Assembly: GCA_029265355.1 (NCBI GenBank)
Contig: JAJUJL010000008.1
Location: 96,758-160,757 of the forward strand
From: Chloroflexota bacterium
GTDB lineage: Bacteria > Chloroflexota > Anaerolineae > Anaerolineales > UBA4823
DNA: 64,000 nt
Direction of reading: 5' to 3'
Of the stretch, positions 27,999 to 37,734 are shown piece after piece (position 1 is the first letter of the stretch; every line of letters begins with the position of its first letter). The position numbers were made by a program, and so were the translations under genes. Below the pieces are notes generated by a model. It did no database searches, was not told where the DNA came from, and worked only from the letters and a program-made list of their open reading frames with translations.

Positions 27999-28355
27999 AT
28001 GCTAATTGAATACCTGCCCATCGCAATCTTATTGGTAATCTCAACGGGTCTGGCAGCGTTAATTGTATGGATCGGTAACACGTTTGGCCCTCGCCGCCCA
28101 ACCCTCCGAAAATCTCTCCCCTACGAATCTGGAATGAATCCCATCGGCCCCGGCACACGCCGGATGCCAGTGCGTTTCTATCTGGTGGCGGTGCTCTTCA
28201 TCCTGTTCGACATCGAAGTCGTTTTCTTCTTGCCATGGGCCATCGTCTTTCGCCAGCTTGGCCTGTTTGGCTTGATCGAAATGTTCGTTTTCATCTTCAT
28301 CTTATTGGTTGGCTATGTTTACGCGTGGAAGAAAGGAGCTTTAGAATGGGAATAG
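27999..28355 (+). CDS. nuoA: NADH-quinone oxidoreductase subunit A
   Basis: 118 aa, 3 TM helices, YESGMNPIG and [15 protein letters not shown]. Confidence 0.95.
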   Translation: MLIEYLPIAILLVISTGLAALIVWIGNTFGPRRPTLRKSLPYESGMNPIGPGTRRMPVRFYLVAVLFILFDIEVVFFLPWAIVFRQLGLFGLIEMFVFIFILLVGYVYAWKKGALEWE

Positions 28356-28828
28356 AACAAAAACTGGGCAACATGGGCGTCGTCACCATGCGGCTGGAAG
28401 ATGCGGTCAATTGGGGCCGCACCAATTCGATGTGGCCCATGCTATTTGGATTGGCGTGCTGCGCCATCGAGATGATGTCGGCGCAGGCTTCCAATTATGA
28501 TATGAGCCGCTTTGGCATGGAGTTGATGCGCGCCAGCCCTCGGCAATCCGACTTGATGATCGTTGCCGGTCGGGTAACCCGCAAGATGGCGCCAGTCTTG
28601 CGCCGCCTGTACGACCAGATGCCTGACCCCAAATGGGTCATTTCCATGGGCGATTGCGCCTCTTGTGGAGGGGTTTTTAACAATTATGCCATCGTCCCCG
28701 GAGTGGATGAAGTGGTGCCGGTTGACGTGTACGTTGCCGGTTGTCCCCCACGCCCGGAGGCGCTGATCCATGGCATCATGACCCTGCACGAAAAAGTGCG
28801 CGGCGAAAAAATCAAAGACTGGTCCTAA
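28346..28828 (+). CDS. nuoB: NADH-quinone oxidoreductase subunit B
   Basis: [38 protein letters not shown] 28346 chosen (10-nt overlap with nuoA); the ORF-track extension lies inside nuoA. Confidence 0.9.
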   Translation: MGIEQKLGNMGVVTMRLEDAVNWGRTNSMWPMLFGLACCAIEMMSAQASNYDMSRFGMELMRASPRQSDLMIVAGRVTRKMAPVLRRLYDQMPDPKWVISMGDCASCGGVFNNYAIVPGVDEVVPVDVYVAGCPPRPEALIHGIMTLHEKVRGEKIKDWS

Positions 28829-28837
28829 ACCGGAAAG

Positions 28838-29359
28838 TTGCCTATGAGCGCAAACATCATCTCCTCGGTCATACAAGCCTTCGTAGAGCGCTTTGGCGCG
28901 CAGCATAGCCAGTTTCGCGGTGAAGATACGCTGACCCTGAGCGCTGACCATATCGTGGCCGCTTGCCTGGCGCTGCGCGACGAGTTTGGCTTCGAGCTGC
29001 TCTCCGGTCAAACCGCGGTGGATTACTGGCCCGAGCTGACGCCCCGCTTTCACATCGTATACCAGATCTATTCCATCCAGCACAACCAGCGCGTTTGCCT
29101 GCGCGTTCCTCTGAATGGCAACGCGCCGACCATGCCCTCCCTGACCGGCGTGTATCCCAACGCCAACTGGCAGGAACGTGAGATCTGGGACATGTTCGGT
29201 GTGCGCTTTGAGGGCCATCCAGACCTGCGTCGTATCTTGATGCCCCAGGATTGGGAAGGGCACCCTCTGCGCAAAGACTATCCCCTGGGCTACGAAGAAG
29301 TGCAATTCTCCTTCAACTACGATGAAATCGACCGGCGCAAACCATACGCCAAAGAGTAA
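28838..29359 (+). CDS. nuoC: NADH-quinone oxidoreductase subunit C
   Basis: 173 aa. [28 protein letters not shown]. Confidence 0.9.
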   Translation: MPMSANIISSVIQAFVERFGAQHSQFRGEDTLTLSADHIVAACLALRDEFGFELLSGQTAVDYWPELTPRFHIVYQIYSIQHNQRVCLRVPLNGNAPTMPSLTGVYPNANWQEREIWDMFGVRFEGHPDLRRILMPQDWEGHPLRKDYPLGYEEVQFSFNYDEIDRRKPYAKE

Positions 29360-29391
29360 TCCAAACTCAGTGCAGATAAGCGAGCCTGGAC

Positions 29392-30621
29392 ATGGTAGAA
29401 CAAACTGAAGTTACGCTGGATGAACTCCGTCACCTGGTTTCCGAGCGGGCTTTGACGGGCGAAACGGTACTGTTGAACATGGGCCCGCAGCACCCCAGCA
29501 CGCATGGCGTGCTGCGCTTGCTGCTGGAGCTGGATGGCGAAACGGTCGTCAACTGCATTCCCGATATTGGCTTCCTGCATACCGGCATCGAAAAGAACAT
29601 GGAAGCCAAGACTTATGAAAAGGCGGCGGTGATGACCGATCGCCTGGATTACCTGAACACCTCTGGCAATAATCTGGTGTACTGCCTGGCGATCGAGAAA
29701 CTGGTGGAATTGGATGTGCCGCCGCGCGCCCAGGCGGTGCGCGTGATCCTGGCGGAGCTGCAGCGCATTGCCTCGCACCTGGTATGGCTGGGCACGCACG
29801 CCCTGGACCTGGCAGCGATGTCGGTTTTCCTGTACTGCTTCCGTGAGCGCGAAATGATCATGGATATCCTGGAAATGTGCGGCGGGCAGCGCATGATGTC
29901 CACCTACTTCCGCCCGGGTGGTTTGTGGCGCGATGTGCCGGCTGAGTTTGAAGATGCTGTGCGTCAGTTCCTGCGCGTCTTCCCACGTCGCGTGGATGAG
30001 TACGAAGCATTGCTGACGCATAACCCCCTCTTCCTGGAGCGCACCCGGCATATCGGCGTGCTGAGCAAAGAGGACGCCCTGCGCTGGGGAGTGACCGGTC
30101 CGGCGCTGCGCGCTTCTGGCGTGCCGCACGATCTGCGCAAAGCCATGCCTTACTCCGGCTATGAGCAGTATGACTTCGAAGTGCCCACCCACACAGAGGG
30201 CGACACCTACGTTCGCTACTTGCTGCGCGTCGAAGAGATGCGCCAATCGGTGCGCATTGTGCAGCAGGCGCTGGACAAGCTGCCCTACGGTCCGGTGCGC
30301 AGCAACAACCGCAAGTTTGTGCCGCCGCCGCGCTCGGAACTGGGACACAGTATGGAAGCAGTGATCCATCATTTCAAGCTGTGGACCGAAGGTTTTTCAG
30401 CGCCTGCGGGGGGTGTTTACGTTGCCGTTGAGTCGCCGCGCGGCGAGCTGGGTGTCTACCTGGAAGGCAATGGCAGCCCCAAGCCGCACCGCGTTTACTG
30501 GCGCACACCCTCCTTTGCCAACCTTCAAGTGCTGCCGCTGATCGCTAAGGGACACCTGGTCGCAGACCTGGTGGCTCTGATTGGCACCATCGATATCGTC
30601 TTGGGAGATACGGACCGGTGA
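29392..30621 (+). CDS. nuoD: NADH-quinone oxidoreductase subunit D
   Basis: 409 aa. NMGPQHPSTHGVLRL, and the C-terminal DIVLGDTDR. Confidence 0.95.
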   Translation: MVEQTEVTLDELRHLVSERALTGETVLLNMGPQHPSTHGVLRLLLELDGETVVNCIPDIGFLHTGIEKNMEAKTYEKAAVMTDRLDYLNTSGNNLVYCLAIEKLVELDVPPRAQAVRVILAELQRIASHLVWLGTHALDLAAMSVFLYCFREREMIMDILEMCGGQRMMSTYFRPGGLWRDVPAEFEDAVRQFLRVFPRRVDEYEALLTHNPLFLERTRHIGVLSKEDALRWGVTGPALRASGVPHDLRKAMPYSGYEQYDFEVPTHTEGDTYVRYLLRVEEMRQSVRIVQQALDKLPYGPVRSNNRKFVPPPRSELGHSMEAVIHHFKLWTEGFSAPAGGVYVAVESPRGELGVYLEGNGSPKPHRVYWRTPSFANLQVLPLIAKGHLVADLVALIGTIDIVLGDTDR

Positions 30622-31142
30622 ACCACCTGGCTGAAAAATACTCTGAAGAAATCCAGGCTATCCTGGCAAAATACCCTGCCGACCAAAAACGCTCGGCGGT
30701 CATGCCGCTGCTCTACCTGGCTCAGCGCGAGAGCGGCTACGTCACCAAGACGGCCATGAACGAGATTGCCGAGCTGTTGGGCATTACCGCTACAGAAGTG
30801 GCCTCCATCGTCGGTTTTTATTCGCTCTACTACGATAAGCCCGCCGGAAAGTACCGCATCCAGGTGTGCACCGATTTGCCCTGCGCACTGCGCGGCGCCG
30901 AAGAATTCCTGGAGAAGCTGTGCGAAAACCTGGGTATTCGCGTGGGAGAGACCACCCCAGATGGCATGGTGACCGTTGAGCATGTCATGTGTTTGGCGGC
31001 TTGCGACAAAGCGCCTATGTTCCAGGTGCAAAGCGGCGAGGGGCTCTCCTATCACGAGAACCAAACCGTGGAAAGCGCTATGGCGCTGATCCAATCCTTG
31101 AAAAAAGGCGCATCTCACAGCAACAAGGACGGGCATCCATGA
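30618..31142 (+). CDS. nuoE: NADH-quinone oxidoreductase subunit E (2Fe-2S)
   Basis: GTG start overlapping the nuoD stop (GTGA). Cys pattern VCTDLPCALRG ... CLAACDKAP. Confidence 0.9.
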   Translation: MNHLAEKYSEEIQAILAKYPADQKRSAVMPLLYLAQRESGYVTKTAMNEIAELLGITATEVASIVGFYSLYYDKPAGKYRIQVCTDLPCALRGAEEFLEKLCENLGIRVGETTPDGMVTVEHVMCLAACDKAPMFQVQSGEGLSYHENQTVESAMALIQSLKKGASHSNKDGHP

Positions 31143-32413
31143 GCGAATATTTGCTGCTCCGTCATCGCCAGATCCCCGATATTGGGAACTTAACCGTGTA
31201 CCGCCAAAACGAAGGTTTCCAGGCCTTCCACAAAGCTGTCACCTCGATGAAGCCCGAAGAGGTGACCGAAGTGGTCAAAGCTTCTGGGTTGCGCGGCCGC
31301 GGCGGTGCCGGTTTCCCCACCGGGTTGAAATGGTCGTTCATTGACAAGAATAAGTGGCCCCATTACGTGGTAGCCAACGCCGACGAGTCCGAACCTGGCA
31401 CCTTCAAAGACCGCGAGATCATGGAGAACAACCCCTTCCAGTTCTTGGAAGGCGTGATGCTGTGCGCTTACGCCATCCAGGCCAATGTGGCATACATTTA
31501 CCTGCGGGGAGAATTCTGGCAGATCGCTGCACACCTGGACCGAAAAATTGCCGAGCTGCATTCCGCCGGCCTGCTGGGTGACAATCTGTTCGGCACAGGC
31601 TACTCGCTGCGTCTCTACACCCACCTGGGCGCTGGGGCTTACATTTGCGGCGAAGAGACCGCCATGCTCGAGTCGCTGGAAGGCAAACTGGGCCAGCCGC
31701 GCTTGCGCCCACCTTTCCCACCCTCGTTTGGACTTTACGGCATGCCCACGGTGGTCAACAATGTCGAAACGCTGACCAATGTGCCGCTGATCATTGAAAA
31801 GGGCGCCGCCTGGTACCGCGGCTATGGCACCGAAAAGAGCGCCGGGGTGAAGATTTTCTCTTTGTCGGGCTGCGTCAATAAGCCTGGCAATTATGAGCTG
31901 CCCCTGGGCACCACTTTTCGGGAATTGATTTACGAGCATGGCGGCGGCATCCCCGGTGGACGCCAAATCAAAGCCATCATGCCCGCTGGCGCCTCCTCCT
32001 CACTGATCGTCGCCAACGAACAAGCCCTGGATACACCCATGGACTACGAAAGCGTGCCCGCAGTGGGCGCACAGCTTGGCTCAGCCTCGGTCATTATCAT
32101 CGATGAGTCGGTCGACATCCCGTGGCTGATCAACAAGACGATTCATTTCTTCAAACACGAATCGTGCGGCAAATGCACGCCCTGCCGCGAAGGTAGTTAT
32201 TGGATGATGCACCTCACCGAGCGGATCGACAAAGGCAAAGCCACCTGGAAAGATGTGGAACTGCTGAAAGATGTCGCCACCCAGATACGCGGCAAGTGCT
32301 TGTGCGCATTGGGCGAATTTTCGATCGAGGCGGTGCTCTCCGGCATCGATCGCTTCCGCCAGGACTTCGAAGCCCGAGTTGGCGCAAGAGAGATGATTGA
32401 AACACAACCATGA
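31139..32413 (+). CDS. nuoF: NADH-quinone oxidoreductase subunit F (FMN/NADH-binding, 4Fe-4S)
   Basis: GLRGRGGAGFPTGLKW, ESCGKCTPCREG. ATGA overlap with nuoE; the upstream ORF-track extension is rejected. Confidence 0.95.
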   Translation: MSEYLLLRHRQIPDIGNLTVYRQNEGFQAFHKAVTSMKPEEVTEVVKASGLRGRGGAGFPTGLKWSFIDKNKWPHYVVANADESEPGTFKDREIMENNPFQFLEGVMLCAYAIQANVAYIYLRGEFWQIAAHLDRKIAELHSAGLLGDNLFGTGYSLRLYTHLGAGAYICGEETAMLESLEGKLGQPRLRPPFPPSFGLYGMPTVVNNVETLTNVPLIIEKGAAWYRGYGTEKSAGVKIFSLSGCVNKPGNYELPLGTTFRELIYEHGGGIPGGRQIKAIMPAGASSSLIVANEQALDTPMDYESVPAVGAQLGSASVIIIDESVDIPWLINKTIHFFKHESCGKCTPCREGSYWMMHLTERIDKGKATWKDVELLKDVATQIRGKCLCALGEFSIEAVLSGIDRFRQDFEARVGAREMIETQP

Positions 32414-32489
32414 CCTTGCGCTTCCATCGTTCCCTTTGTGTTTCAGCTTTTTTTAGCGCCTCAGCGATTAAATTATGTGGAGATCATCC

Positions 32490-35042
32490 ATGGCAAAGCA
32501 GGTAACACTGACGATTGACGGAAAGCAGGTCACCGTACCCGAGGGCACCCTGATCGTAGATGCCGCCAAAAAGGCCGGCATCGATGTGCCGGTTTTTTGC
32601 TACCACCCCAAAATGGAGCCGGTGGGCATGTGCCGCATGTGCCTGGTGGAGATCGGTCGCCCTGTCATCGACCGAGCAACCGGGCAGGTGGTCAAAGAGG
32701 CGGATGGCTCGCCCAAGGTGCAATTCGGCCCCAAGCTGGAAACCGCTTGCACCACGCCAGTCAGCGAAGGCATGGTCGTGGTGGGTGCATCCGAAAAGGT
32801 AAAGGCAGGTCGCGAGGATATTCTCGAATTTTTGCTCACCTCTCACCCCCTGGATTGTCCAATCTGTGATAAGGGCGGCGAGTGCCCGCTGCAAGACTTG
32901 ACCATGGGCTTTGGCCCTGGAGAAAGCCGCTTCATCTTCGATGAGAAGATGCGCATGGATAAGCACGTGCCGCTGGGCGAACTGATTTACCTGGATCGCG
33001 AACGCTGCATTCAGTGCGGGCGTTGCGTGCGCTTCCAGAGCGAGATTGCCGATGATCCGGTGATCGGCTTCTACCAGCGCGGCCGCTCTTTGGAAATTGT
33101 CACCTTTTCCGAGCCCGGCTTCGACTCGTACTTCTCGGGCAACACCACTGATATTTGCCCGGTCGGCGCCCTGACCACCGCCGACTTCCGCTTTGGAGCG
33201 CGACCCTGGGAATTGAACAACGCTGCTTCGATTTGCTCGCAGTGCCCGGTGGGCTGCAACATCACCTTCAACACCCGCCGCGAAGCCCGCTCCGGCGGCA
33301 GAATGGTCATCAAGCGTGTGATGCCGCGCCAGAACGAAGCGGTCAATGAAATCTGGATCTGCGACAAGGGACGCTTTGCTTACCATTTCACCGAGGGCGG
33401 TGGGTCTGGCAACTCGGAGCGCCTGACCCAACCCCTGGTGCGCAAGAATGGTGAGCTTGCTCCGGTCAGTTGGGATGAAGCCCTGCAGGTGGTGGCAGAG
33501 CGCTTCCGCCAGGCGGGCAGCGGCTTGCTGACCCTGGCAGGCGGGCGCCTTTCGAACGAAGACCTGTTCAACCTGCGCCAATTAACGCAGGGTTTGGGCG
33601 GGCAGACTGCCCTGTACACCCAGATGGCCGGCGGCGACCTGGTCGCCCAGGTGGGCGTAGGACAGGGCACCAACTTTGCCGATATGGGCGCCGGCAGCGC
33701 CATCCTGGTGGTTGCCAGCGACTTGCACGAAGAAGCGCCTATCTGGTACCTGCGCATCAAGCAAGCGGTCGAGCGCGGCGCGATGTTGATCGTGGCAGGC
33801 GCACGTCCCACGCGCCTGGAAAAATACGCCGCTCACGTGGTGCGCTACCCTTATGGCTCCGAAGCCGCCGCTATCCTGGCAATGCTCAACAGCCTGTCGG
33901 CCAAGCGCCCCAACCTCCCCGAGCCAGTGCAAGCCCTGGCGCGCAGCCCCGAATTGCAAGCCGCCGCCAAAGCCTTCGCCGGCGCACAGAATGGCCTGGT
34001 TTTGTACGGCAGCGAAGGGCTTGGCCTGGAAGGCTCTCAAGCCCTGGCGCAAGCTTGCGCCAACCTGTTGATCTCCACCAATCACATCGGGCGAGCCAAT
34101 AACGGCCTGATCGCCGTATGGCAGCGCGCAAACGAGCAGGGCGCCTGGGATATGGGTTTTCGTCCCCGCACAGACCTGGCCGAGGCGATGAAGTCTGCCC
34201 GGGTGTTGTATGTGGTCGCCGCAGACCCGGCAGGCGACGACCCCTCCATGGCAGAGGCGGGCGAGTTTCTGGTGGTACAGGAGCTCTTTTTGACTGATAC
34301 CGCCAAGCTGGCGGATGTGGTGTTGCCCGTGGAGGCTTACACGGAGCGCGAGGGCAGCTTCACTTCTGGAGAGCGGCGTGTGCAGCGCTTCTACCCGGCG
34401 GTGCCCGAACCGGCTGGCTTAAAGGCCGATTTCGCCGTTACGGGACAGATCGGGCAGCTTCTGGGGCTCGATCTCGAAGCCCGCTTCGCCTCGAAGGTGA
34501 TGCTGCGCATTGCCAGCCAGATCGCTGATTATGCCGGGCTGGACTACGTCAGGCTGGCAGAGGTCGTCGAGCAGTGGCCCATCGTGGGGCGCGGCGACGT
34601 CTATTACGGCGGCACCAGTTACGAGAACTCGCAGGGCCTGGGCGTGCAGCTTGCGCCGGCCGCCCAACGCGGCGCAGCCGTGCCGCTGGCCTGGCCCGAG
34701 TTCGCTTCGCAGTCGCACTCGCAGCAAGCCTCTGCAGAGGGCTTACTGGCCGCGCCGATCAACCGTTTGCTCGATCGCGGCCAAACGGTCTGGCCTTCCA
34801 CATTGTTGCACTCGCGCATTCCGCAGCCCTACGTGGCGCTCAACCCGGCAGATGCAGCGGTATTGAGGATACCCTCTGGCGCCATGCTGCAAGTCACGCT
34901 GAATGGCACTGCCCGCCTGGCAGCCGCCCACCTGGATGAAAACGTGCCGCAGGGTGTGGTGCTTGTGCCGCGCAGTATGGGTTTGCCCATTTTTGGCCCA
35001 GCGCCGGTGGAAATTCGCCGGGCGGAGGTCGTATCCGCATGA
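32490..35042 (+). CDS. nuoG: NADH-quinone oxidoreductase subunit G
   Basis: N-terminal 2Fe-2S and 4Fe-4S Cys clusters (CRMCLVEI, HPLDCPICDKGGECPLQD, CIQCGRCVRF), then a molybdopterin-oxidoreductase-like domain. GGAG lies 7 nt before ATG 32490. Confidence 0.95.
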   Translation: MAKQVTLTIDGKQVTVPEGTLIVDAAKKAGIDVPVFCYHPKMEPVGMCRMCLVEIGRPVIDRATGQVVKEADGSPKVQFGPKLETACTTPVSEGMVVVGASEKVKAGREDILEFLLTSHPLDCPICDKGGECPLQDLTMGFGPGESRFIFDEKMRMDKHVPLGELIYLDRERCIQCGRCVRFQSEIADDPVIGFYQRGRSLEIVTFSEPGFDSYFSGNTTDICPVGALTTADFRFGARPWELNNAASICSQCPVGCNITFNTRREARSGGRMVIKRVMPRQNEAVNEIWICDKGRFAYHFTEGGGSGNSERLTQPLVRKNGELAPVSWDEALQVVAERFRQAGSGLLTLAGGRLSNEDLFNLRQLTQGLGGQTALYTQMAGGDLVAQVGVGQGTNFADMGAGSAILVVASDLHEEAPIWYLRIKQAVERGAMLIVAGARPTRLEKYAAHVVRYPYGSEAAAILAMLNSLSAKRPNLPEPVQALARSPELQAAAKAFAGAQNGLVLYGSEGLGLEGSQALAQACANLLISTNHIGRANNGLIAVWQRANEQGAWDMGFRPRTDLAEAMKSARVLYVVAADPAGDDPSMAEAGEFLVVQELFLTDTAKLADVVLPVEAYTEREGSFTSGERRVQRFYPAVPEPAGLKADFAVTGQIGQLLGLDLEARFASKVMLRIASQIADYAGLDYVRLAEVVEQWPIVGRGDVYYGGTSYENSQGLGVQLAPAAQRGAAVPLAWPEFASQSHSQQASAEGLLAAPINRLLDRGQTVWPSTLLHSRIPQPYVALNPADAAVLRIPSGAMLQVTLNGTARLAAAHLDENVPQGVVLVPRSMGLPIFGPAPVEIRRAEVVSA

Positions 35043-35181
35043 GCGCCGGCGTTTCTATTCCACCAGCCAAGATTGCCCTGCCTGCTGGAAAGCTTTCCGG
35101 CTTTTTCCTGATGAAAAATCTGCGTCAATCTGTGAATTGTATTTTCTCTGCCGGTATGCCGGCGCACTTGCGAGGGAATCT

Positions 35182-36306
35182 ATGGACTTAGCCCTGCTCC
35201 TCGAATGGATTATCAAATCGCTGGTGCTGATCCTGATCTTGCTGACCAGCTTTGCTTATCTCACTTTTTACGAGCGCAAAGCCCTGGCGCGCATCCAGGT
35301 GCGCATCGGCCCTAACCGGGCTGGGCCAGGCGGTTGGTTGCAGCCGGTTGCCGACGCGGTCAAACTGATCTTCAAGGAAGAGCTGACGCCCGCCAAGGCC
35401 TACAAAGTGATCTTCGTGATCGCCCCGATGCTCACCCTGCTGCCAGCGCTGATCATCCTGGCAGTGGTGCCGTTTGGCAGCTCGATCACCCTGTTTGGAC
35501 GCCAGGTTTCGTTGGGCATCACCGACATCAACGTGGGTGTGCTGTACATCATGGCGGTTGCCTCGATTTCAGTGTACGGCATTGTGCTGGCAGGCTGGTC
35601 TTCGAACAACAAATACGCCATGCTGGGCGGCATTCGTTCGTCTGCCCAGATGATCAGCTACGAGCTGGCGCTGGGCCTGTCGATCATTGGTCCGATCTTG
35701 CTGGCAGAGAGCATGAGCATTGGCGAGATCATCGATGCCCAGCGCGGCATCTGGTTCCTGTTCTTGCAGCCAGTGGGCGCCATCATCTTTTGGACGGCCA
35801 CGCTGGCCGAGGTGAACCGATCGCCCTTCGACATGCCAGAAGCCGAACAGGAGCTGACCGCCGGCTATCACGTGGAGTACTCCGGCATGAAGTTCGCCCT
35901 GTTTTTCATCGCCGAGTACATGAAGATGATCGCCGTCAGCGTGATCCTGGCAGCATTGTTCCTGGGCGGCTACCGGGGACCATTCGTTGACCAGGTTCCG
36001 CTATTGGGTCCGCTTTACCTGTTTGTAAAAGTGTTCGTGCTGCTGTTTATTATGATTTGGGTGCGCGCCACGCTGCCGCGCATCCGTTATGATCGCCTGA
36101 TGGCCTTTGGCTGGAAGCTGCTCTTCCCCCTGGCTTTGACCAACGTTTTCCTGACCGCCGTGGGCATCATCCTGGCGGATACCTATGGGCCGGCTTTTCT
36201 GTGGTCTATCCCGTTGATGAGCATCCTGGCATTCTTAGTGGTGAATTACCTGGCGCGTGACCGGATCGCAACCGCCAGCGCCCAGGCAGTGAGTTTTAGG
36301 AGGTAG
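35182..36306 (+). CDS. nuoH: NADH-quinone oxidoreductase subunit H
   Basis: YERKALARIQVRIGPNRAGPGGWLQP, EAEQELTAGYHVEYSG. GAGGGA SD before ATG 35182. Confidence 0.95.
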   Translation: MDLALLLEWIIKSLVLILILLTSFAYLTFYERKALARIQVRIGPNRAGPGGWLQPVADAVKLIFKEELTPAKAYKVIFVIAPMLTLLPALIILAVVPFGSSITLFGRQVSLGITDINVGVLYIMAVASISVYGIVLAGWSSNNKYAMLGGIRSSAQMISYELALGLSIIGPILLAESMSIGEIIDAQRGIWFLFLQPVGAIIFWTATLAEVNRSPFDMPEAEQELTAGYHVEYSGMKFALFFIAEYMKMIAVSVILAALFLGGYRGPFVDQVPLLGPLYLFVKVFVLLFIMIWVRATLPRIRYDRLMAFGWKLLFPLALTNVFLTAVGIILADTYGPAFLWSIPLMSILAFLVVNYLARDRIATASAQAVSFRR

Positions 36307-36311
36307 GCACG

Positions 36312-36812
36312 ATGTTTACTGAGATACTGCGTGGTTTACGCACGACGTTCAAAATGATGTTAGAGAAGCCGGTAACGGTGCAATACCCGGAAGTAAAGCG
36401 CCCGGTGCGGCGGCGGTTCAAGGGTCGCCACGAGCTGCGCCGTTACGACAATGGCCTGGAGCGCTGCATTGGCTGTTCTTTGTGCGCAGCCGCCTGTCCA
36501 GCAGATGCCATCTTCGTAGAATCGGCCGAGAATACGGACGAGGAGCGCTATTCTCCAGGAGAGCGCTACGCCAGCACCTACGAGATCAACATGCTGCGCT
36601 GCATCTTCTGCGGCTACTGCGAAGACGCCTGCCCGACCCAGGCCATCGTGCTGGGCGATAACTACGAGCTTTCCTTCACCGACCGACGGCAAGCCATTTA
36701 TGGCAAAGAAATGCTGTTGGTTCCGGTCAAAGAAGGCGGGCTTCCCACCCCGCAGAAGACCGAGCCCGGCAAATTTAACCGATCGATCCCGGAGATGAAT
36801 AACCCCGATTAG
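36312..36812 (+). CDS. nuoI: NADH-quinone oxidoreductase subunit I (2x 4Fe-4S)
   Basis: CIGCSLCAAACP and CIFCGYCEDACP. AGGAGG SD. Confidence 0.95.
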   Translation: MFTEILRGLRTTFKMMLEKPVTVQYPEVKRPVRRRFKGRHELRRYDNGLERCIGCSLCAAACPADAIFVESAENTDEERYSPGERYASTYEINMLRCIFCGYCEDACPTQAIVLGDNYELSFTDRRQAIYGKEMLLVPVKEGGLPTPQKTEPGKFNRSIPEMNNPD

Positions 36813-36849
36813 GTGTGGATTGCTACCCCATCCCAAACCAAGGTGACCC

Positions 36850-37356
36850 ATGACCTCTGAGCTGATTCTGTTCTTCATCCTGGCAATTGTCGCGGTGGCA
36901 TCGGCGGTGGGCATGCTGCTCAGCCGCAACGCCGTCTATGCCGCGCTGTACCTGATCTTGAATTTTGCCACCGTGGCAGTGTTCTACTTGATGTTAAGCG
37001 CAGCCTTCATTTCGCTGGTGCAGGTAACCGTGTACGCTGGCGCCATCATGGTGTTGTTTTTGTTTGTGATCATGCTACTGGGCGCTGAGCATACTGGTCG
37101 CCTCAGCGAATCGGGGTGGATGTTCTGGACGCCGATCGTGCTTGGGGCAGTGCTGGCGGTTGAAGCGCTGTATATCATCTTAAGACAATGGAAGGCCATT
37201 CCTGCTACCCAGGCGGCAGGGTCGGATTTCGGCGCGCCGGCCGCGGTGGGATTGGAGCTTTTCCAGAACTACCTGCTGCCTTTCGAGGTCACCTCGGTCC
37301 TGTTGCTGGTGGCCATGATTGGAGCCATCCTGCTCGCCCGCAGCAAGAAGGCATAG
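36850..37356 (+). CDS. nuoJ: NADH-quinone oxidoreductase subunit J
   Basis: 168 aa polytopic membrane protein. [17 protein letters not shown]. Operon position. Confidence 0.9.
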   Translation: MTSELILFFILAIVAVASAVGMLLSRNAVYAALYLILNFATVAVFYLMLSAAFISLVQVTVYAGAIMVLFLFVIMLLGAEHTGRLSESGWMFWTPIVLGAVLAVEALYIILRQWKAIPATQAAGSDFGAPAAVGLELFQNYLLPFEVTSVLLLVAMIGAILLARSKKA

Positions 37357-37408
37357 GGCGGGTTTCGAGCGCGCCAGTGCGCACGCTCGCACCAAACGGA
37401 GGAGATGC

Positions 37409-37711
37409 ATGCTGCCTGTTGGATATTACATCGCATTATCGGCCATCCTGTTCACCCTCGGCGCGCTGGGAGTATTGATCCGGCGCAACTCGATCGTCAT
37501 CTTCATGTCGATCGAACTGATGCTGAATGCTGGAAACCTGGCTTTCGTCGCTTTTGCCCGCGCCTACCAGTCCTTGAGTGGGCAAATTTTTGTCTTCTTC
37601 ATCATGGCAGTCGCCGCTGCGGAAGTCGCTGTGGGCCTGGCGCTGATCGTGGCAATCTTTCAAACCAAGCGCTCCATCGATGTTGATCAGCTCAACACGA
37701 TGCAGGGCTGA
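37409..37711 (+). CDS. nuoK: NADH-quinone oxidoreductase subunit K
   Basis: 100 aa, 3 TM helices. [14 protein letters not shown] and [22 protein letters not shown] before ATG 37409. Confidence 0.9.
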   Translation: MLPVGYYIALSAILFTLGALGVLIRRNSIVIFMSIELMLNAGNLAFVAFARAYQSLSGQIFVFFIMAVAAAEVAVGLALIVAIFQTKRSIDVDQLNTMQG

Positions 37712-37734
37712 CGGGTGGATGATGCGGAGGGATT

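Noticed and set aside
35111-35191. 26-codon mini-ORF (MKNLRQSVNCIFSAGMPAHLRGNLWT) in the nuoG-nuoH spacer
   Set aside because: No SD and no recognisable peptide features. Its length is compatible with chance, so it is kept only as part of the spacer observation.
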